Assembly: GCA_903929765.1 (NCBI GenBank)
Contig: CAIYVX010000104.1
Span: forward strand, 2,405-66,404
Reading direction: 5' to 3'
Length of the DNA: 64,000 nucleotides
Source of the DNA: an uncultured Planctomycetia bacterium
GTDB lineage: Bacteria > Planctomycetota > Phycisphaerae > FEN-1346 > JAACEH01
Below the pieces are notes generated by a model, which had not been told where the DNA came from, made no database searches, and saw only the letters and a list, made by a program, of their open reading frames with translations. The number at the start of each line of letters is the position of its first letter. Positions within the stretch are counted from its first letter, which is position 1. A program made the translations under genes and the position numbers. Below are positions 58,667-64,000 of this stretch, in pieces.

Positions 58667-60982
58667 TTATTCAATCAAATACACTTGCGAGCGGAACTTC
58701 ACCAGCAGTTGCTCGTTCGGCTGCTGCGTCGCCAACACCTGGTTCTCGCTCACGCTGTTCTCACGGACCAGTTTGAAATAATCATCCGAATAGCGCTGCA
58801 GGTGCTTGACCTGGGCGGCGTCCTTGGCCAGATCGATCCCGGCCGTGTCGGGCGTCACCCACATCTGGCCGCGGCGATAGAGGGCCTGGTTGTTGACGTT
58901 CTGCACTGTGGTCACCTCCGCTTTTGCGGCCCCGTGTTCGTATGCGGCCTGGTCGGCATAACCGTAGTTCCTGGTTTGAAACACCGGCCCGGAGGGTGCC
59001 GTGGCCCCGCCGCTCGCGCCCAAGAATTCGACCGGCTTCGCCGCCGCAGGCGCCGGTGCCGCCAGCGTCGCATTGTTCATGCCCTGACGGTTCATCGCGT
59101 CCCGCTGTCCTTCGCCGCCCGTATTCTTGAAGACGAAGGAGCCGGTAGCCTTAGATTCTTCCCTCATACTGCTCTCCGACGCGATCTTCGTCCGCTCGTC
59201 GGCCAGGAAACTGGTGTAGGGCGTGATGATCCCATAGTCCCGCGACAGCCGGATCACCTCGCCCACCACTTCGTCGGTCTTGCCGTGCAACTGAATCTCG
59301 TCCAGCAAAAAACCGATGCGGCGCACCGCCCAGAGCCGCTCGACGAAACAGTCCGTCGGGCTGACCCGGGCCTCGCAGAAGGTCACCGGGTACTCGAATT
59401 TCTTTTCGCTCTCGCCGCACTTGCCCGAAATCACCACCCGCGCCTTGTGCTCGTGGAGTTTGTCGACCTGGTCCCCGTCGTAGCGGCCCACGACCACCAG
59501 TTGGACGCCCTCGAACAGGTCGCCCAGGTTCCGCGGATAAACGTCCCGAATCGCCACGCCGTCGATCTCCAGCTTCAGCCCGGTCATCACCGGATTCTTG
59601 ATCTTGGCGTAGATGCTCGAAATTTTCGCCTCCAGCGGCTCGTTGGGCTTGACGTAATCGCTCAGGCCGCGGTTCTCGCCCACCAGGCGGTCGAGGAGTT
59701 GAACGTTGACGTCGTAGCCGACGCCCAGGGCGAAAATCCGGGCCTGCCGCGTGTTGGCCGAGGCCGTGTCGGCCAGGATCACCTTCTGATCCGTCTTGCC
59801 CACGGTCGGTTGGCCGTCGGTCACAAAAATCATGTAGGCCGGCCTCTCCTTCGACCCGCCCGTGGTGTCGTTCAGGACCGCCAGGGCCTGGGCCAGGGCA
59901 CTGTGAATGTCCGTTCCCCCCGCCGCCTCGATCCGGCTGACCAGGTCTTCGGCCTTGTCCAGGTTTTCCCGGTTGGCCGCCACCAGGTGCGGGAAGAGCG
60001 TGTCGATTCCATCGTTGAACGTGATGATGCTGAAGCGGTCTTCGGTGTTGAGGTTTTTCAGGATAAAACTCATCGCCTCGCGGGCCTGACCGATCTTGCC
60101 GCTCTCCGACATCGACCCCGATCGGTCGAGGACCAGGACCACGTCTTTGGCCATCAACTCGTGCGCCGCCATCGTCGGGTTCGGACTGGCCAGGAGCATG
60201 AAATAGCCGTCGCGGCCGCGCTGCGGCTGGTAGGTCAGCAGGGTCGCCCCGATCTGCTCGTCGCGGGCCTTGTAATAGATGATGAAGTCGCTGGCCGGAA
60301 TCGAGCGGTCGACGCGGTACGAGGCCACGGCGTTCCGCGCGCCGTGGCGGGCGATCTTGATCTCGTGCGTCGGACTGTAGATGGTGGTAATGTCGGCCTT
60401 GGTGCGGATGTCGACCTTGATCGTCACTTCCTCGATCTCTTTGGCCGAAAATTTTTCCGTGTTCAGGGGATAAAAGACCTCGACCACGTCGCCGTCTTTT
60501 TTGCAGATCTGGTTGTAGTGAATGACGACGTGGGCGGGCTTGCCCGGCTCCAGCGGAAAGGCCCGGGTGCGATAGAGGCCGTAGCCGACATACTCCAACA
60601 GGGCGGGGTCCTTTTTCTTGCGGACGATGTCCTCATAAATTTTGCGGGCCTCGTCGGCGGCCATGATCGTGCCCTTCATCTCCTCGCCGCCGACGACCAT
60701 GGTCATGGAATCAATGGCGGCGCCCGGAGCCACGGGAAAGAGGTACTCCACCTCCATCGCCGTCGGCCCGGTGTTGACGAATTCCTGATCGATGGTCACG
60801 GCGGCCACCTGGTCGCGGACGAGCATCTCGACGCGGTGATACTTCACCGCCCACGACCCGCGCACCCGCAGATCTTCTCGCACCGGGACGATCATGCCAT
60901 CGGCCCGCGCCGTCGCCGCCCCCGCCGCCATCCCAGCCGCCAGAACCAGTCCCGCCACCGCCCACAGAATTAACTGTCTCAT
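58667..60982 (-). CDS. VIT + von Willebrand factor A domain secreted protein
   Basis: VIT domain (QEFVN..EVEYLFP, DPALLEY), MIDAS DRSGSM, GGTDI, TDGQPT, RLWA.RRIG..IITPYTSFL. Confidence 0.9.
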   Translation of the reverse strand: MRQLILWAVAGLVLAAGMAAGAATARADGMIVPVREDLRVRGSWAVKYHRVEMLVRDQVAAVTIDQEFVNTGPTAMEVEYLFPVAPGAAIDSMTMVVGGEEMKGTIMAADEARKIYEDIVRKKKDPALLEYVGYGLYRTRAFPLEPGKPAHVVIHYNQICKKDGDVVEVFYPLNTEKFSAKEIEEVTIKVDIRTKADITTIYSPTHEIKIARHGARNAVASYRVDRSIPASDFIIYYKARDEQIGATLLTYQPQRGRDGYFMLLASPNPTMAAHELMAKDVVLVLDRSGSMSESGKIGQAREAMSFILKNLNTEDRFSIITFNDGIDTLFPHLVAANRENLDKAEDLVSRIEAAGGTDIHSALAQALAVLNDTTGGSKERPAYMIFVTDGQPTVGKTDQKVILADTASANTRQARIFALGVGYDVNVQLLDRLVGENRGLSDYVKPNEPLEAKISSIYAKIKNPVMTGLKLEIDGVAIRDVYPRNLGDLFEGVQLVVVGRYDGDQVDKLHEHKARVVISGKCGESEKKFEYPVTFCEARVSPTDCFVERLWAVRRIGFLLDEIQLHGKTDEVVGEVIRLSRDYGIITPYTSFLADERTKIASESSMREESKATGSFVFKNTGGEGQRDAMNRQGMNNATLAAPAPAAAKPVEFLGASGGATAPSGPVFQTRNYGYADQAAYEHGAAKAEVTTVQNVNNQALYRRGQMWVTPDTAGIDLAKDAAQVKHLQRYSDDYFKLVRENSVSENQVLATQQPNEQLLVKFRSQVYLIE

Positions 60983-61175
60983 GGCCCTCTCCTTCAAGTT
61001 CGTGCCGGTCCGAAACCGTTAAACTTCATTTGCTTAGACGTTTCACAATCAAGATAGTTCCCGAAAAAAGAGATTTCCGTTTCGCCCTAAATCCCCTAAT
61101 TCCTCAAGCCCGGCGGCCAGTTCGCCCGATTTTTACAGTATCCAGTATCGCCCTAAACACGGGGAAGGAACGCCT

Positions 61176-62936
61176 ATGCGCGTAATGAAGATTCTCGGAC
61201 GGAGCCTGGTCGATAGTTTTTGCCGCTATGTCGATCCCATGATTTCCGCCGACGGGGACTTCCCGCCGCCCGACCCCTCGGCCACCTCGGCCTTCGATCA
61301 GGCCTTGTCGGCCGTCAAGCGCGCCCGCCTGGTCGAGGCCCGCACCCACCTGGAATCCGTGACCGTCGCAGCCGGGGGCAACCCCGACCCCTCGGTCCGC
61401 CTGATCATGGTCGCGGTGCTGGCCGACCTGGGCCACGCGGCCGAGGCCCGCCGCGTGCTCGACCTCTTGATGGCGGCGCGCCCCGCCGACGGGCGGCTGG
61501 CTTTTCTGGCCGGGCAACTGGCCGAGCGCGGCGGCCACGTCGAACAGGCCATCACCCACTACAGAACCGCCCTGGCCCTGGGCGGCGCCAGCGCGGAGAA
61601 TGCCGCCGAGCGTCTGGCCGCCATTTACCTGGCGACCGACGATTGCGTCCGGGCCCGCGACCTGCTGCGGTGGCTGGTGAACGCCCGGCCGGACGATTTC
61701 CTCGTTCGCGTTGAACTTTCCGGCGTCCTTTCACGGCTGGGCGAAAACGAGGCGGCCATCCGGGCCTACGAAGACGCCATACTCATGGACCCCGACGAAT
61801 TTGAAGTCCGCCAGGACTATGCGGAGGCGCTGGAGACCGGCCACCGTCCGGCCGAGGCCCTGGCCGAACTGGGGCGCATCCTCGACGCTCATCCCGAGTT
61901 CGCCGACGTGCACCTGCGGGCGGCGAAGCTCTGCGGCCAACTCGGCGACCTGCCGGCGGCTATGGTTCACGCCGAGGCGGCGCTGGAGATTAATCCGCGG
62001 TATCTGGAAGCCCTGATTCTGCGCGGCCTGCTCCTGAGCGAAATGGATCAGGCCGAGGCGGCCATCGCCGCATTTCACCGGGCGTTGGAAGTGAACGAGC
62101 AATACACGGTGGCCTACGCCGGTCTGGCCCTGGCCCAGGACCGGGCGGGTCTGGTCAAGGAATCGGCCGAAACGATGGAACTGGCGCGGACGATCGCCCC
62201 CGGGGCCGTGCAGATTTACGCCCGGCTGTCCCGACTGGGCCTTCTGGCGGCCGTGGCCCGCGATCAGCAGGCCGAGGCGCCCCGTTCGGACAGCGCGGCG
62301 GCGCAATTCGCCGTCAAGCCCGGGGCCAAAACTGCTCAGCAAACAGGCAAAAAACGCGGGACCGGGGCTGCGCCAGCGCGCATCCCGCCAAGCGCCCTGG
62401 ACTCGTGCAGCGCGGCCGCCGCCAGGAACGCCGCGGCGACCATCGACCACGACCAATCTCTGCGGCGGCAGATTGAGGCCCATCGTCAGGCCGTGGCCCG
62501 GAATCCGCGTTACGCCGACGTCAGATATTATTATGGGCTGCTCCTTTCCAGTCTCGGGCATACCGAGGAGGCCCTCGAACAGTACCTGGCCGCGGTGTCG
62601 ATCAATCCCCGCTACGTCGAGGCCCAGGTGCGTGTGGCCATGATCTACTGGCAGACCAACCGACCGGAGGAGGCTCTCGCAGCCCTGAAACAGGCGGAAA
62701 ATATCGCCCCGGCCGAACTGGCGGCGCACTATCGTTTCGGGGTGCTATGGGCCGACCGGGGGCTGTGGTCCATGACGGTCCAGGCGCTGGAGGGGCGGTT
62801 TTCGACAGAACCGGCCAGCCAGGCCGGCACCCACGGCGGCGACTTCGCCTCTGCGGCGGCGAACCTCGGATTGGGTGAGAAAATTCCGGCTTCGCGCTTT
62901 GGCGTTCCCGCTGCGGTTCAGGTCGGAGCGAAGTAA
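61176..62936 (+). CDS. tetratricopeptide repeat protein
   Basis: Multiple TPRs (HPEFADVH, INPRYLEA, NPRYADVRYYYG). Confidence 0.85.
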   Translation: MRVMKILGRSLVDSFCRYVDPMISADGDFPPPDPSATSAFDQALSAVKRARLVEARTHLESVTVAAGGNPDPSVRLIMVAVLADLGHAAEARRVLDLLMAARPADGRLAFLAGQLAERGGHVEQAITHYRTALALGGASAENAAERLAAIYLATDDCVRARDLLRWLVNARPDDFLVRVELSGVLSRLGENEAAIRAYEDAILMDPDEFEVRQDYAEALETGHRPAEALAELGRILDAHPEFADVHLRAAKLCGQLGDLPAAMVHAEAALEINPRYLEALILRGLLLSEMDQAEAAIAAFHRALEVNEQYTVAYAGLALAQDRAGLVKESAETMELARTIAPGAVQIYARLSRLGLLAAVARDQQAEAPRSDSAAAQFAVKPGAKTAQQTGKKRGTGAAPARIPPSALDSCSAAAARNAAATIDHDQSLRRQIEAHRQAVARNPRYADVRYYYGLLLSSLGHTEEALEQYLAAVSINPRYVEAQVRVAMIYWQTNRPEEALAALKQAENIAPAELAAHYRFGVLWADRGLWSMTVQALEGRFSTEPASQAGTHGGDFASAAANLGLGEKIPASRFGVPAAVQVGAK

Positions 62937-63082
62937 TAATCAGCCGGTGCAGGAACTGGACATTTGGTAGTTGGGTCGTCCAAGCACGGTGGACTGGTCC
63001 AATCCCCGACGGCCGGCCGAAAACGGGGAACCTTACGCCGCACAATCCTGGCAGGAAACCGGGAAAGTTTGCCGGCCTTCCT

Positions 63083-63130
63083 CACACCTTGCCCCCCAAA
63101 CAGCCGGGGGGCCAAGGTGTGGCACCCTGG
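63083..63130. repeat. REP-like hairpin, variant of the 42524 type
   Basis: CACACCTTGCCCCCC-AAACAGCC-GGGGGGCCAAGGTGTGGCACCC. Confidence 0.65.
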
Positions 63131-63317
63131 AAGTAACCATTCAATCGTCAACGGCTCTAAGTCCCGGCCAGGCCGCAGGAAACACTCCAGGATGCCTCTG
63201 CGGCGGAAACCGCTGGAAATTTTCGGTGGAACCATCTATATTGTAAGTGAGAAACCTCGGCCCCCCACGTGCGGCGGGTCAGGACGGTTCCGGTCGCGGG
63301 TTCGGTGGAGGTGTGCC

Positions 63318-64000
63318 ATGCGCAGCGAGGGCAACAGGGGAAGAAATCGGGCCTTTACGCTGGTCGAGCTCCTGCTGGTCATTTCCATCATCGTCATTCT
63401 GATCAGCGTGCTTTTGGTGGGCTACCGCAGCATCAACTACACGTTGAAGGAGAAGGGTTGCCAGAACAACCTCGCCAAGATCGGGGCCGTCCTCAACCAG
63501 TACTGCCAGCAGAACCGGGGCTTTTATCCTGACGCCGAGCGTTCGTGGGGCAGTTACTTCAGACGCTACTCTCCGCCTAACACCGTAAAGGGCCAGGAGT
63601 ATTGGACGTATCTGTCGAACGTCCGACAACTGAAGGACATGGGGGCCTCCGACGCCCTGTTCACCTGCCCCTTCTACCAAGCTCCAAATCCGCTACCCGC
63701 ATTGTGGAGCACTTTGGGCACTTTTGATACACCCAAAGGTCCATTCAAAGACTCGATTGGCAACTACTACGAGGTGGACCTGACCTCCTATATGTTTCTG
63801 TTCAATCGCGGGAATCCGAGCGCTAGTGTTAATTACGAAGTCACGTCAAATACCTTCCAGTTCGCCGACGGCCGGTCGTCGCCCCTGTCCAATGCCTGCA
63901 AGGGCAATACGCCCATTGTCGCGGACGTCCTGCTGTCGGGGAACGGCCTGGGGGGCGGGTGGCTCCACGGCGGCGGTTTTGTCACCGCCCAGGGCCAGGA
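63318..64000 (+). CDS. prepilin-type N-terminal cleavage/methylation protein (DUF1559-like), runs off the window
   Basis: Not in the ORF track because it is truncated. MRSEGNRGRNRAFTLVELLLVISIIVILISVLL....CQNNLAKIG...Y; GGAGG RBS. Confidence 0.85.
   Translation, partial: MRSEGNRGRNRAFTLVELLLVISIIVILISVLLVGYRSINYTLKEKGCQNNLAKIGAVLNQYCQQNRGFYPDAERSWGSYFRRYSPPNTVKGQEYWTYLSNVRQLKDMGASDALFTCPFYQAPNPLPALWSTLGTFDTPKGPFKDSIGNYYEVDLTSYMFLFNRGNPSASVNYEVTSNTFQFADGRSSPLSNACKGNTPIVADVLLSGNGLGGGWLHGGGFVTAQGQ

Overview
A GC-rich bacterial chromosomal segment, probably Planctomycetota/Phycisphaerae (inferred from TPEP-type PEP-CTERM proteins, dockerin-tailed secreted proteins, a YCF48-like protein, a VIT-vWA protein and a prepilin-type protein). 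Left to right: (1) 1-10.2 kb, a minus-strand surface-glycan locus with a GT-C membrane glycosyltransferase, flippase, SAM methyltransferase, PssD/PssE pair, two B12 radical SAM enzymes and two HPr-kinase-like P-loop proteins, plus a 110-bp MITE; (2) 10.4-24.6 kb, a DeoR-controlled ten-gene rare-sugar catabolic operon; (3) 24.7-33.6 kb, a large membrane protein and a lower-GC tandem duplication of a promoter + PEP-CTERM + TIGR03790-like unit; (4) 33.6-36.8 kb, an ADP-ribosylglycohydrolase and a WYL-less HTH + WYL regulator pair, each behind a copy of the same ~70-bp promoter/operator; (5) tRNA-Arg(TCG), tRNA-Lys(CTT), a sugar-acid dehydratase, an epimerase, DUF62, bioA and bioD, YCF48-like, isochorismatase-like and Rsm22-like genes with many REP-type palindromes; (6) 47.6-54 kb, two restriction-modification-like pairs interleaved with relics of a second glycan locus; (7) a third TIGR03790-like paralog, SPOR/TPR, VIT-vWA, TPR and prepilin-type genes. 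I found no CRISPR array, rRNA, transposase or integrase. The best candidates for undescribed systems are the WYL/HTH/ADP-ribosylglycohydrolase regulon, the putative D-arabinofuranoside to D-xylulose-5-P route, and the PEP-CTERM/TIGR03790 cassettes. All family assignments come from motif recognition by eye, not database searches.
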